34,518 nt of DNA from Thiobacillaceae bacterium (GTDB taxonomy: Bacteria > Pseudomonadota > Gammaproteobacteria > Burkholderiales > Thiobacillaceae), in contig JBAWGM010000070.1 in NCBI GenBank assembly GCA_049592895.1, positions 1 through 34,518 on the forward strand, read 5' to 3'. The notes under the pieces are model-generated. The model was given only the letters and a program-made list of their open reading frames with translations. It ran no database searches and was not told the origin of the DNA. Of this stretch, positions 1-9,780 are shown piece after piece. The position numbers were made by a program, and so were the translations under genes. Numbering within the stretch: position 1 is the first letter of the stretch; every line of letters begins with the position of its first letter.

Positions 1-1
1 C

Positions 2-1081
2 ATATCGGGTGGCGGACGCTGCAACTTCACCAACCGCAATGCGGGCCCGGAAAATTTTCTTTCGCAGAACCCGCATTTCTGTCGATCCGCCCTGGCCCGA
101 TACGGTGCGAAGGACTTCATCAAACTGGTGGACAGCTACGGCATCCGTTACCACGAAAAAACTTTGGGCCAGTTGTTCTGCGATGAAAACGCAGAGGACA
201 TCATTGGTTTGTTGAAGGGCGAGTGCGACAAAGGCAGCGTGAAATGGGCAAAGCCGTGCGCGGTGGAAAAGGTGGTGCACCTGACCGAAGGCCAATTGCC
301 TTTCGAAGTGCTGACCAGCGAGGGAATATTCCGCTGTGGCTCGCTCGTCATTGCAAGCGGAGGCCTGGCCGCCCCAGCCCTCGGCGCAAGTCCGTTCGGC
401 TATCGGGTCGCGGAACAATTCGGCCTGCCCATCGTTCCCCCCAGGCCGGCGCTGGTCCCTCTGTCCCTGGCGCCTGAGGATCTTCATACCTTCAAACCTT
501 TAGCGGGGGTTTGTTTCGACACCCTCTCCTGCTGCAAAGGCCAGCCCGCCAGTTTCCGCGAACAGGCCCTCCTCACCCACCGGGGCCTGTCCGGGCCAGC
601 GATCTTACAAATCTCCAGCTATTGGCAAATGCAGGAATATGGCGGGAACCGGAAGCAACCGATCAGTTTGAATCTGCTGCCCGACGACGATGCCGCTACC
701 TGGTTGGCGCAACACCGGCACTCACCAATGCTATTGGCGAATCTGCTGGCGGAAAGACTGCCGCGCCGCTTGGCCCATGAATGGTGCGCCATGCAGGGCT
801 GCAACCGGCCCCTGGCGGAGCTTTCAAACAAGGCTCTTGACCTGGTCGGCAGCCAGCTAAACAACTGGGAAATGATGCCCTCAGGCACCTTGGGGTACAC
901 CAAGGCGGAAGTCACTTTGGGAGGCGTCGATACGTGCGGCCTTTCCTCCAAAACGATGGAAACAACCAGCGTGCCCGGCCTCTACTTCATCGGCGAGGTG
1001 GTCGATGTGACCGGGTGGCTGGGTGGCTACAACTTCCAATGGGCGTGGTCATCCGGCTGGGTAGCGGGCCAATATGCGTGA
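2..1081 (+). CDS. NAD(P)/FAD-dependent oxidoreductase of the HI0933/YhiN (BaiN-like) flavoprotein family; 5' end cut by the window edge
   Basis: The frame is open from nt 2 (ISGGGRCNFTNRNAGPENF...), upstream of the first Met at 128. The GGGRCN-TN motif and the C-terminal GEVVDVTGWLGGYNFQWAWSSG are family hallmarks as I recall them. Stop is at 1079-1081. Confidence 0.8.
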   Translation: MSGGGRCNFTNRNAGPENFLSQNPHFCRSALARYGAKDFIKLVDSYGIRYHEKTLGQLFCDENAEDIIGLLKGECDKGSVKWAKPCAVEKVVHLTEGQLPFEVLTSEGIFRCGSLVIASGGLAAPALGASPFGYRVAEQFGLPIVPPRPALVPLSLAPEDLHTFKPLAGVCFDTLSCCKGQPASFREQALLTHRGLSGPAILQISSYWQMQEYGGNRKQPISLNLLPDDDAATWLAQHRHSPMLLANLLAERLPRRLAHEWCAMQGCNRPLAELSNKALDLVGSQLNNWEMMPSGTLGYTKAEVTLGGVDTCGLSSKTMETTSVPGLYFIGEVVDVTGWLGGYNFQWAWSSGWVAGQYA

Positions 1082-1174
1082 GTTGTCTGCGCTTCGATTG
1101 AAGAGGAACCCAATCTCCCTCTTCCTGGTTGAGGGAAAGACGGCAGCGCTGCAAGTGAAAGTGTGCCCCACCCT

Positions 1175-3523
1175 CTAACGTCCTCTCCGTGATAACTCAA
1201 CCAGCGTCTTCCACATCGCCACCACCGTATCCGGGTTTAGCGACAAGGACGAAATTCCCTGTTCCACCAGCCACTCCGCCAGATCCGGGTGATCGGACGG
1301 CCCCTGCCCGCAGATGCCAATGTACTGGCCACGTTGCTTGCCTATTTCAATCACCTGGGCCAGGAGCTTCTTCACCGCTGGATTGCGCTCGTCAAAACTG
1401 CCCGCCACCAGGGCCGAATCCCGGTCCACCCCCAGGGTCAATTGGGTCAGATCGTTGGAGCCGATGGAGAAGCCGTCGTAATGCTCAAGAAACTCCTCCG
1501 CCAGCAAGACGTTGGATGGAATCTCGCACATCATGATGAGGCGCAGGCCGGCCTCACCGCGCTTCAAGCCGTTGGCTGCAAGCAGTTCCACAACGGCTTT
1601 GCCCTCCTCCAAGGTGCGGACAAAAGGCACCATGATTTCCACATTGGTGAGCCCCATTTCATTGCGCACTTTCTTCAGCGCCCGGCATTCGAGTTCGAAG
1701 GCCGGACGGAATGAGCTGGAGACATAACGGGCGGCGCCGCGAAAACCCAGCATGGGGTTTTCCTCCACCGGCTCGTACAGCTTTCCACCCAACAGGTGGG
1801 CATACTCGTTGGACTTGAAGTCCGACAGCCGGACGATGACCGGCTTGGGCCAGAACGCCGCCGCCAAGGTCGCGATGCCTTCCGCCAGTTTGTCCACATA
1901 AAAACTCACCGGATCGGCATAGCCCAAAGTCCGCTGCTCGACCGCCTGGCGTAGCTCGTCCGGAAGGTTTGGCCAGTCCAGCGCCGCCAGTGGGTGGATG
2001 CCGATATGGTTGTTGATGATGAATTCCAGCCGGGCCAGACCGACGCCGTGATTGGGCAACTGGCAAAACGCGAACGCGCGCTCCGGATTGGCAACGTTCA
2101 TCATGATCTTGACCGGTGGTTCAGGGAAATTCTGCGGCCCGTCCGCCGAACTTTCAAAGCGCAGCAGCCCGGCGTAAACCTTTCCGGTATCGCCTTCCGC
2201 GCAGGAGACCGTCACCTCCTCGCCGTTCTTCAGAAGTTGGGTGGCGTCCCCGGTGCCGACCACCGCAGGTATACCCAGTTCGCGCGCTACAATAGCCGCA
2301 TGGCAGGTGCGCCCGCCCCGGTTGGTGACGATGGCGGCGGAGCGCTTCATCACCGGTTCCCAGTCCGGATCAGTCATGTCCGCGACCAGCACGTCGCCGG
2401 GCTTGACCTTGTGCATGTCGGCCGGGCTGGCGACCACATACACCGGCCCCGCGCCGATCTTCTGGCCGATGGCGCGGCCGGTAATTCTGATCGGGCCGGT
2501 TTCCTTCAGCACATAGCGCTGCCCAACGCCGCTCTCGCGTGCCTTGACCGTTTCCGGCCGGGCCTGGACGATGAACAGCTCGTCCGTTTTGCCGTCCTTG
2601 GCCCATTCAATATCCATCGGGCGGCCGTAATGCCGTTCGATGGTTAGCGCCATATCAGCCAGACTTTGCACTTCGGCATCGGTCAGGGAAAAGCGCTGCC
2701 GCTCCGCCAAGGACACGTCCGCCTGAACCGTTCCGCTGCTCGCGTAGATCAGTTTCACCGCCTTGCCGCCCAGGGTCCTGCTTATGAGCGCGCGGGTCGG
2801 CTTGTGCACATAGAATTCATCAGGATTGACCGCCCCCTGCACCACCATCTCGCCCAGCCCGTAGGACGAGGTGACGAACACCACATCGCGAAAGCCCGAT
2901 TCCGTATCCAGGGTAAACATGACGCCGGCGGCCGCCAGATCGGAGCGCACCATGCGCTGCACGCCGGCCGACAGCGCCACTTGCCGGTGGTCAAAACCGT
3001 GATGCACCCGATACGTGATGGCCCGGTCGTTGTAGAGCGAGGCGAATACCTTCTTGATATTCGCGACCACCGCATCCGCGCCCTGCACGTTGAGGTAGGT
3101 TTCCTGCTGGCCGGCAAAGGAAGCGTCGGGCAGATCCTCGGCCGTGGCGGAGGACCGGACCGCCACGGCCACCTCGGAGCCCAAGCCTCCATAGGCTTGG
3201 CGTATTCCCTGCTCCAGAGCAGGCGGCAGATCGACCTGCACCACCCAATTGCGGATTTCTGCCCCGGCTGCCTGCACCGCGGCGACATCGTTGATGTCCA
3301 GTTGCGCCAGCCGCTGGTTGATGCGATCTCTCAGCCCATTGAGATCCAGGGTGTCCCAGAACGCCTTAGCCGTCGTGGCGAAACCACCGGGCACTTTCAC
3401 CCCCAGAACGGCGAGCGCGCCGATCATTTCGCCCAGCGAGGCATTCTTGCCGCCTACCTCAGGCACATCGGCCATCGACACCTGTTCAAGGGAAAGGATA
3501 TAGTCGGGGACTGCAACCGTCAT
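1175..3523 (-). CDS. ppsA: Phosphoenolpyruvate synthase (pyruvate, water dikinase)
   Basis: About 782 aa. The N-terminus ...[16 protein letters not shown] matches the PpsA ATP-grasp start. The phospho-His region [21 protein letters not shown] and the PEP-utilising C-terminal domain are present. I prefer the ATG at 3523 because GGAGAA lies 6 nt upstream; the alternative ATG at 3535 has no SD. Confidence 0.95.
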   Translation of the reverse strand: MTVAVPDYILSLEQVSMADVPEVGGKNASLGEMIGALAVLGVKVPGGFATTAKAFWDTLDLNGLRDRINQRLAQLDINDVAAVQAAGAEIRNWVVQVDLPPALEQGIRQAYGGLGSEVAVAVRSSATAEDLPDASFAGQQETYLNVQGADAVVANIKKVFASLYNDRAITYRVHHGFDHRQVALSAGVQRMVRSDLAAAGVMFTLDTESGFRDVVFVTSSYGLGEMVVQGAVNPDEFYVHKPTRALISRTLGGKAVKLIYASSGTVQADVSLAERQRFSLTDAEVQSLADMALTIERHYGRPMDIEWAKDGKTDELFIVQARPETVKARESGVGQRYVLKETGPIRITGRAIGQKIGAGPVYVVASPADMHKVKPGDVLVADMTDPDWEPVMKRSAAIVTNRGGRTCHAAIVARELGIPAVVGTGDATQLLKNGEEVTVSCAEGDTGKVYAGLLRFESSADGPQNFPEPPVKIMMNVANPERAFAFCQLPNHGVGLARLEFIINNHIGIHPLAALDWPNLPDELRQAVEQRTLGYADPVSFYVDKLAEGIATLAAAFWPKPVIVRLSDFKSNEYAHLLGGKLYEPVEENPMLGFRGAARYVSSSFRPAFELECRALKKVRNEMGLTNVEIMVPFVRTLEEGKAVVELLAANGLKRGEAGLRLIMMCEIPSNVLLAEEFLEHYDGFSIGSNDLTQLTLGVDRDSALVAGSFDERNPAVKKLLAQVIEIGKQRGQYIGICGQGPSDHPDLAEWLVEQGISSLSLNPDTVVAMWKTLVELSRRGR
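3475..3504 (+). promoter_or_regulatory. Candidate sigma70-type promoter for ppsR, embedded in the first codons of ppsA
   Basis: TCGACA (3475-3480), an 18-nt spacer, then TATAGT (3499-3504). This would give a roughly 20-30 nt leader before the ppsR ATG at 3534. Pattern match only. Confidence 0.3.
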
Positions 3524-3533
3524 TGAATTCTCC

Positions 3534-4316
3534 ATGACCGAATGGAATGTCTTCTTTGTGTCCGATCACACCGGCGTCACTGCCGAGGCGATGGGACGCA
3601 GCTTGCTTTCGCAGTTTAACGGGCTGCAATACAAAACTCTAACCGTGCCCTTTGTCACCAGCGCCAGACTGCCGGAGCTGCTGAGCCGGATCGCTTCGTC
3701 TGTGCCCGCGCTGGTGTTCTCCACCCTGACAGAACCGGCCCTGCGGGAAAGAATCGCCGCCAGCGGAGTGCCCCTGTTCGATTTGTTCAACGCCTTGTCC
3801 CTTCCCCTTTCTCAGACGCTCCACCAGACTCCCAAATCCATCACTGGCCTCACTCACGGTGTGAGTCCAGGCTATGAGGACCGCATGGAAGCAGTGAATT
3901 TCGCCCTGGCGCTGGACGATGGCCTGAACCCGGATCGGCTGCCCCAGGCAGAGTTGATCCTGACCGGCGTCTCGCGCGCCGGCAAGACGCCCACATCGCT
4001 CTATCTCGCGCTTCAGTATGGCAAAAGAGTGGCCAACTATCCTCTGACACCGGACGATTTGGGAGCGCATAGCTTGCCACCACGACTCATTGCCAACCTT
4101 CCCCGGCTCAGGGGCCTCACGCTGTCAGCGGATCGCCTGGCGCAATTACGCCAGGCCCGCTTGCCGGGCAGCGACTATGCCAGTTTGCACAACTGTCAGC
4201 AGGAACTGCATGCGGCGGAAAGCCTGTTCAGGCAATACGGTGTACCGCTGATTGATTCGACCCATCGATCGGTGGAAGAGATCGCGGCGCTGATTGTCCA
4301 TGGACCGGGCTCATAG
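3534..4316 (+). CDS. ppsR: PEP synthase regulatory protein (bifunctional kinase/pyrophosphorylase, DUF299/PpsR family)
   Basis: 260 aa. The N-terminus [28 protein letters not shown] parallels E. coli PpsR (..[24 protein letters not shown]). A P-loop-like [15 protein letters not shown] is present. The gene is divergent from ppsA, as in E. coli. Confidence 0.92.
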   Translation: MTEWNVFFVSDHTGVTAEAMGRSLLSQFNGLQYKTLTVPFVTSARLPELLSRIASSVPALVFSTLTEPALRERIAASGVPLFDLFNALSLPLSQTLHQTPKSITGLTHGVSPGYEDRMEAVNFALALDDGLNPDRLPQAELILTGVSRAGKTPTSLYLALQYGKRVANYPLTPDDLGAHSLPPRLIANLPRLRGLTLSADRLAQLRQARLPGSDYASLHNCQQELHAAESLFRQYGVPLIDSTHRSVEEIAALIVHGPGS

Positions 4317-5096
4317 GGTCCGCTGCCGCACAACTTCAAACAACGCTACAGCGGCGGCGGCCGCAACATTGAGTGACTCGGCCCGACCCGGCATGGGAAT
4401 TTTCGCCCGGTGACGGGCTGCATCCAGCACCGGCGTGGACAGGCCCGCCCCTTCATTGCCGACCACGATGCCGACCGGGCCGCTCAGATCAAGCTGGTAA
4501 AGGGAGGTGGATTCTTGCAGGCTCAGCGCCACCACCGGCAGGGCAGGATGGCGCAACATCCAGTCAAGCAAATCGGTCCGCTGCCGTATCGGCAGGACAA
4601 ACTGGGCACCCTGCCCGCCGCGCAGGGCCTTGGGTGACCAGGGATCCGCGCAGCCTGGGGACAACACCGCCAGGCTTGCACCCCCAGCCGCCGCGCTGCG
4701 CAGCAGACTGCCCAGGTTGACAGGATCCTGTATATCTTCCAGCAATAGCACCAGCGGATTGTGGTTGGTAGAGCGCGGATCAAGCCGGGCTGCTTCGGCC
4801 AGCACCCCCACTGGCGATGCGACCGGTGACAGTTCGGCGAACAGCTTGTCGGCCAGGTCGACCCTTCTGGCATGAGGGCAGCGTCCAGCCAGGGGCGCCC
4901 GGAGCTCAGCCGGACAGGACGCGGCAAACACCAGGGTGGCGGGCCGCCCCCCGGCTTCCAGGTAGGCCTCGATCAGATGCAGTCCGTCGAGCAGCGTCAG
5001 CCCTTCTTCCCTGCGTGCGCGTGCCGAATCTGCCAGGTGTTTCAAGCGCTTGAAGAGCGCATTATCGCGCGAGGTAACGGAGGTTTCTATTTCCAC
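4311..5096 (-). CDS. TrmH/SpoU-family RNA 2'-O-methyltransferase (group 3)
   Basis: 261 aa with a GTG start. It carries ITSRDNALFKRLKHL near the N-terminus and the SpoU motifs GNEGAGLS and ESLNVAAAAAVALFE. Its TGA stop (4313-4311) abuts the ppsR TAG (4314-4316). Confidence 0.85.
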   Translation of the reverse strand: MEIETSVTSRDNALFKRLKHLADSARARREEGLTLLDGLHLIEAYLEAGGRPATLVFAASCPAELRAPLAGRCPHARRVDLADKLFAELSPVASPVGVLAEAARLDPRSTNHNPLVLLLEDIQDPVNLGSLLRSAAAGGASLAVLSPGCADPWSPKALRGGQGAQFVLPIRQRTDLLDWMLRHPALPVVALSLQESTSLYQLDLSGPVGIVVGNEGAGLSTPVLDAARHRAKIPMPGRAESLNVAAAAAVALFEVVRQRTL

Positions 5097-5148
5097 GGTA
5101 TTTCAAAGGAGCCCAAACAGGTTCACTATAACCTCGCTGATTCCTGAC

Positions 5149-6114
5149 ATGAAGATAGTACTGATCACCCCTTACGGCCGTGAGCACTGCAACGGCAACT
5201 GGCACACCACTGCGCGCTGGCGCGACTTTCTGCGCGGCGCCGGCCACAGCGTACGCGTGCAGTTGGAATGGGATGACAAGCCGGCAGATCTGATGATCGC
5301 GCTCCATGCCAGGCGCAGCGCCCCGGCGATTCAGGCCTTCGCCTCCCGCTACCCGTGCCGGCCGCTGATCGTGGTGCTAACCGGCACCGATCTATACCGT
5401 GACATCCATGCTGACGAAGCGGCCCGAACCGCCCTTGATCTCGCTCACCGCCTGGTGGTGCTGCAGGACAAGGGCATTGCCGAACTTAATCCATCGGCAG
5501 CGGCCAAGGCTCGGGTGATTTACCAGTCCGCTCCGGAAATTCCCCGTCCGGTGGAAAAATTGGGTGAATTCAAGGTACTGGTCATTGGCCATTTACGCGA
5601 GGAAAAGGACCCCTTCCGTCCTGCTTTGGCTTCGGCGTATCTGGCAGAACATTCCCAGGTTCAGATCACCCACCTGGGTCGGGCCCTGTCCAAGGAAATG
5701 GCAGACATGGCCTACCGCGCCGAACGGCAGTTGTCGCGCTGGCAATGGCTGGGTGACATCAGTCATGGAAAGGTTCTGCAAAAGCTCGGCGAGGCCCACT
5801 TGCTGGTCATCAGTTCCCTCATGGAAGGCGGCGCCAATGTGATTTGTGAAGCGCTGGCGGCCAGGGTGCCGGTAATCGCATCCGACATTCCGGGCAACAT
5901 CGGCATGTTGGGAGATGATTATCAGGGCTATTATCCGGTCGGCAACGAGCGCCGCCTGGCGCAGATGATTTCCATGGCCGAACACGACCCCGACTTTTAC
6001 GCCGGCCTGGTGGCCCAGTGCCGGGAACGTCGCCATTTAATGAAGCCGGAACGCGAGGCCACCAGCCTGAGGCAACTGGTGAGCGAGTTCGAGATCAGCG
6101 TCTCTGGCGCTTAA
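5149..6114 (+). CDS. GT4-family glycosyltransferase, possibly of the SenB-like (TIGR04348, selenosugar synthase) subfamily
   Basis: I chose the start at ATG 5149 (MKIVLITPYG...) because the longer ORF from 5050 would overlap the divergent TrmH gene. A GT4 EX7E region is present (EGGANVICEALAARVPVIASD). NGNWHTTARW..., PADLMIALHARRS and LTGTDLY resemble my memory of SenB-type sequences. Confidence 0.75.
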   Translation: MKIVLITPYGREHCNGNWHTTARWRDFLRGAGHSVRVQLEWDDKPADLMIALHARRSAPAIQAFASRYPCRPLIVVLTGTDLYRDIHADEAARTALDLAHRLVVLQDKGIAELNPSAAAKARVIYQSAPEIPRPVEKLGEFKVLVIGHLREEKDPFRPALASAYLAEHSQVQITHLGRALSKEMADMAYRAERQLSRWQWLGDISHGKVLQKLGEAHLLVISSLMEGGANVICEALAARVPVIASDIPGNIGMLGDDYQGYYPVGNERRLAQMISMAEHDPDFYAGLVAQCRERRHLMKPEREATSLRQLVSEFEISVSGA

Positions 6115-6132
6115 CCAGTCGAAATATCCGGG

Positions 6133-9100
6133 TCAAGCCGCTTTCAGCAGTTCGTCGATAAGCAGCGGCATTCCGGTATGGAAGCCCTGTACAAAGTCCA
6201 CCCCGATCTCCCTCAGTTTCTCCAGGGTCTCCTCATTCTCTACCGACTCGGCGATGGTCTTGATGCCGAGAAAGCGGCTGGTTTCGTTCATCGAGGACAC
6301 CAAGGCCACATCGACCTCATTCCGGAGCATGTCGCGGACAAACGAGCCGTCAATCTTGAGGTAATCCAACTTGAGTTTCTTCAGGTAAGAATAGGAGGAG
6401 AAGCCCACGCCGAAATCATCCAGCGAGAAGCGGCATCCATAGCGCCGCAGATGACGGATAAATTCTTCCGCATGGGCGAAGTTGTCAATCGCAGCGCTTT
6501 CAGTGATCTCGAAGATGAGTTTGTGGCCAGGGATGTCGCCCTTGTCCAGCTCCGCGACGACAAAATCAAAAAAGGCTTTGCTGCCGATCGACTGGCCCGA
6601 AATGTTGATGGCAAAGCTGCCGATGTTTTCGAACCCTTCGGCATGGCGGCGGATCCACTCGAATACCGTTTCCAGCACCCAGCGGTCAAGCTCGTTCCCG
6701 CGCTTGAGCCGCTCAACCGAAGCGACAAACTCGCCGATATTGAAGCGTTCCTCGGAACCGGCCGGCGAGCCCAGCAGGATTTCAAAATGGGCGGCAGCGC
6801 CGGACACATTGCCGATCGGCAGGATAGGTTGGCAGCGCAGCGTAAGATAATTGCCGTCAGCCAGCACACTGTTTATCTGGTTAGACCAGTAAGCCAGACC
6901 GCCTTCATGCAGGCGTGCCAGATCGTCCTCGCGATACATCACAAGCTGGTTGCGCCCAGCGTGTTTGGAGGATATGCAGGCCTCATCCGCCTCGGCGTAA
7001 AGTCCATCCGGATCCAGGCAATCCACTGACCACGCCAGGCCGATATTGACCGTCAGAGGATATTTCTCCCCCTTCCAGACGAAGTTGAACTTGTTCACCT
7101 GGGTAATCAATTGCTCGGTCTGATCCAGCGCGGCCTCATGGTTGTCGGCCTTGAGCATGAAGGCGAAAATCCGCTCGCCGCTACGGGCAAATAGTTCCGG
7201 GTCTGGCAGGCTGCTCTTAAGATATTCGGCCAGCTGCAGCAGCAGGGTGCTCCTGCCCTCATCATCCAGTTGCGTCTGATACAGCCGCAAGTCCTCAAAA
7301 TCCATCACCCCGATGGCGAAGCCGAAATCGCCCGTCCCGGCGCGTAGCCAGGTATGGCGAACCCGGCGCATGAACTCCTTCTGCCAAATGACTCCGGTTA
7401 CCGGGTCAAGAACCGCCTGCCGCATCAGGCTGCGATGCATGTGCTGGACCATCGAACTCAAGGAACGATCGACAAGCGGCAACTGCAAGCTGTCGGTGTG
7501 TTTGAAGGACCCGTCTGCCAGAATGGAAGCGAGCTCGCCGGGCTTGGCGTCGAACTTTTTGACACCGCGGTAATTGGCGAACACGTAGAGCACGGGATCG
7601 TCGCCTATCCAAACCAGATTAAGCGGTTCGGAAAATTTCTCCGCTGTGAACCAATCGCCCACCTGAATCCGGTCAAGCTGGCTCCTTGCCTCTTCAGACA
7701 ATTCCGCCGCGCTGGCTTCGTTCGTGCTGCCGGGCTTAAGGGTCGTGTAGCTGAGTTTGGATCGGTCCTTGGCGTATAGCAAGTGTTCGGCCAGACGGTC
7801 AACCACGCGCTCCTGTCCCTCCCGGTCCGCACTGACGACGGCCAGATGCGTATCCAGATATTGCAACAAGCGATGGGCCTGCTGCCGGCTGATTTCCGCC
7901 CCGGAGTCTGCGTCCAGCCAGTCCAGCAATTGGTCGAGTGCCCCCCAGGCCTGCATTCTCTCATCGTCGTCCTCGGGTTTGCGCAGCAGCCCCCGGGTCA
8001 AGTAGTTGCGCCAGCCATTATTGAGCAGATCTAGCACCACCGTGGGAACGGGCTTGCCTTCCACGCGTTGCTCAATGCTGCGCGTGACGGAGCGCTTGGC
8101 CTGACTGGTTTTTTGCCAACCTTCGAGGGCTTCCTGCAATCGCGCAATCCGCGCGAGCCGGCCTCTCAGCAGGGGCTCCAGCACCTTTTCCAATTGGGCC
8201 CGGGCTTCGTCATAGATAGCCGGATTCGTAGCAGACTCGGCGCGGATGCGCTCGGTCCAGCGATTGATGAGCTTGAGCAGGTTCTCATCCTTGACCTGAC
8301 CCTGGTCGCTGGACACCATGGAGAGTCGGTCTATTGCATTAAGCGCGCGCTGCGCCGGGTGCCGGGGCGAGTTGAAAAAGCTGGCATCCTGTATAGCCAG
8401 CTTGAGCAGCGGTTCTTCCAGCCGCTTGAGAAAGGGTCTGATCTGGGCGGCAATGGAGCGCTGCGCGTCCATGGCTGAGACCAGGGCACTGAATACCGCC
8501 ACCGAACCCTGGACTTCCGCTTCCCTGCCTGCCGGAATGGCACCAGCGGCCGCCATTTCCTGTAACACCTTGGCGGCATAAGGCAGGACAGCATCGGTCA
8601 TGATCTCCGGAGAACCGGGGCCGGCTGGCGCCGCGGGCACGTTGCGACGAACCAAGCCCATCAGGGCCTGCGCCATGAGGCCCATGGTGAGCTGGGGCGC
8701 ACCCAGCTCCTGCTGCGAACCTGCGCCGGAACCGGGGACACGGGCATCGTGCGTGGACTTGGGCCTGACGCCCAATTCCGTCTCGGGCAATATCTCGTCG
8801 AGCTTCTGGTAAAGCGTGCCCAGGGGCTCCTGCATGGCTTCCCTCAGTGCCAGATAAGCTATCGGCCGGACCTTGCCGGCCCGGTCGACGGATTCCAGCG
8901 CCGTCATGAAGATACGGAATTGGGCGGTGGGGCCGTAGGGATTCACCCCTGCGTCCAGGGCGCAACCATAGAGTTGCTCCAACCTGGGCTCCAGCGCATT
9001 GAGTTCGCCTTGGTAGCGGTCTTCCAGTTTGCCAGCCTCGGAAGTTGCGTTGAGCCAGTCCTCAAATTCGTCCTTGTCAACGATACGCAGTTCATCGGTT

Positions 9101-9780
9101 TCAGCCGGTGCCTCAACTGCGAATTGACCAGATTCAAGCTTTCTGACTTCGGCAACGATGCCCTGCCGAAAAGCTGCCCCGACCCGCTGAAAATTGACCT
9201 CAAAATCACGTGCCGCCTGCAACAGCGCGGTACGCTCGGCAAGGCTATCAGCGCTCGATGAAGCCGCACTCAGCTTGTCCGCGATGGATTCGCCAAACTG
9301 CTGAACCGCAACTTCCATAGCGTCGATCAACAGCGCCCGGGCCGCCTCCCGAACACCTTCGTTGCCTCCCTCGGGATGGAGATTGGCGACAATCCGCTGG
9401 GCGCGGGCAGCGATGGCCACCTTGTGCAAGGCCCGGGTTGCATCGCGCAAGGTTTCGCGAAACGCCACTCCCACGCCATTGGGTGTAGAGCGCACGAGGG
9501 TGGCCGTCATTTCGTAGGTTCGAAGGCTGATCAACGGGGGGGGCGTAAAAGCCACCTTGACTTCCTGGCCCTCAAACCTCGCGGCATAGCTTGCATCGTC
9601 GGACGCATTGAGGCGCAGATACAAGCCGCCCGCGCAATAGTCCTGGATTTCGCACGCAAGGTCCTCGCGCTCCCCAACGGAGAGCCGTGCCTGCTGGGAA
9701 ATGGCGTAGCGAATCTTCCGTCTTTGCTCGGGCCGGCTTTCGCTCTCAGGTGTGAGATCTTCTGGCGTCACTAAAGGCAT
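6133..9780 (-). CDS. Multidomain c-di-GMP signalling protein: N-terminal PilZ, a DUF1631-like central region, a degenerate GGDEF domain and a C-terminal EAL phosphodiesterase domain
   Basis: 1215 aa with GGAGGA 8 nt upstream of the ATG. PilZ motifs: RRKIR (RxxxR) and DYCAGG (DxSxxG with S to C). Central FFNSPRHPAQRALN is DUF1631-like. The GGDEF position reads SGERI and there is no RxxD I-site. EAL motifs: FEILLG, NISG, EITES, DDFGVGFSSYSYL, KIDGSF, ESVE, QG. Confidence 0.85.
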   Translation of the reverse strand: MPLVTPEDLTPESESRPEQRRKIRYAISQQARLSVGEREDLACEIQDYCAGGLYLRLNASDDASYAARFEGQEVKVAFTPPPLISLRTYEMTATLVRSTPNGVGVAFRETLRDATRALHKVAIAARAQRIVANLHPEGGNEGVREAARALLIDAMEVAVQQFGESIADKLSAASSSADSLAERTALLQAARDFEVNFQRVGAAFRQGIVAEVRKLESGQFAVEAPAETDELRIVDKDEFEDWLNATSEAGKLEDRYQGELNALEPRLEQLYGCALDAGVNPYGPTAQFRIFMTALESVDRAGKVRPIAYLALREAMQEPLGTLYQKLDEILPETELGVRPKSTHDARVPGSGAGSQQELGAPQLTMGLMAQALMGLVRRNVPAAPAGPGSPEIMTDAVLPYAAKVLQEMAAAGAIPAGREAEVQGSVAVFSALVSAMDAQRSIAAQIRPFLKRLEEPLLKLAIQDASFFNSPRHPAQRALNAIDRLSMVSSDQGQVKDENLLKLINRWTERIRAESATNPAIYDEARAQLEKVLEPLLRGRLARIARLQEALEGWQKTSQAKRSVTRSIEQRVEGKPVPTVVLDLLNNGWRNYLTRGLLRKPEDDDERMQAWGALDQLLDWLDADSGAEISRQQAHRLLQYLDTHLAVVSADREGQERVVDRLAEHLLYAKDRSKLSYTTLKPGSTNEASAAELSEEARSQLDRIQVGDWFTAEKFSEPLNLVWIGDDPVLYVFANYRGVKKFDAKPGELASILADGSFKHTDSLQLPLVDRSLSSMVQHMHRSLMRQAVLDPVTGVIWQKEFMRRVRHTWLRAGTGDFGFAIGVMDFEDLRLYQTQLDDEGRSTLLLQLAEYLKSSLPDPELFARSGERIFAFMLKADNHEAALDQTEQLITQVNKFNFVWKGEKYPLTVNIGLAWSVDCLDPDGLYAEADEACISSKHAGRNQLVMYREDDLARLHEGGLAYWSNQINSVLADGNYLTLRCQPILPIGNVSGAAAHFEILLGSPAGSEERFNIGEFVASVERLKRGNELDRWVLETVFEWIRRHAEGFENIGSFAINISGQSIGSKAFFDFVVAELDKGDIPGHKLIFEITESAAIDNFAHAEEFIRHLRRYGCRFSLDDFGVGFSSYSYLKKLKLDYLKIDGSFVRDMLRNEVDVALVSSMNETSRFLGIKTIAESVENEETLEKLREIGVDFVQGFHTGMPLLIDELLKAA

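Noticed and set aside
1100-1136. Two mutually exclusive hairpins in the convergent yhiN-like/ppsA spacer: GAAGAGG/CCTCTTC (1100-1106 with 1118-1124) and TCCCTC/GAGGGA (1116-1121 with 1131-1136). I considered them as a terminator or switch.
   Set aside because: The stems are short (6-7 bp) and have no U-tract in either orientation, so there is nothing to distinguish them from chance pairing in a purine/pyrimidine-skewed stretch.
3533-3535. ppsA start at ATG 3535, which would overlap the ppsR start codon by 2 nt on the opposite strand.
   Set aside because: There is no SD upstream, whereas the in-frame ATG at 3523 is preceded by GGAGAA at ideal spacing. I retain 3535 as an alternative in the ppsA/ppsR finding.
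7000-7500. The GGDEF-fold domain of the 1215-aa protein, considered as an active diguanylate cyclase.
   Set aside because: The signature position reads SGERI rather than GG(D/E)EF. The upstream D-x-D-FK/N..GH..GD region is not conserved and there is no RxxD I-site, so I call it degenerate or regulatory.
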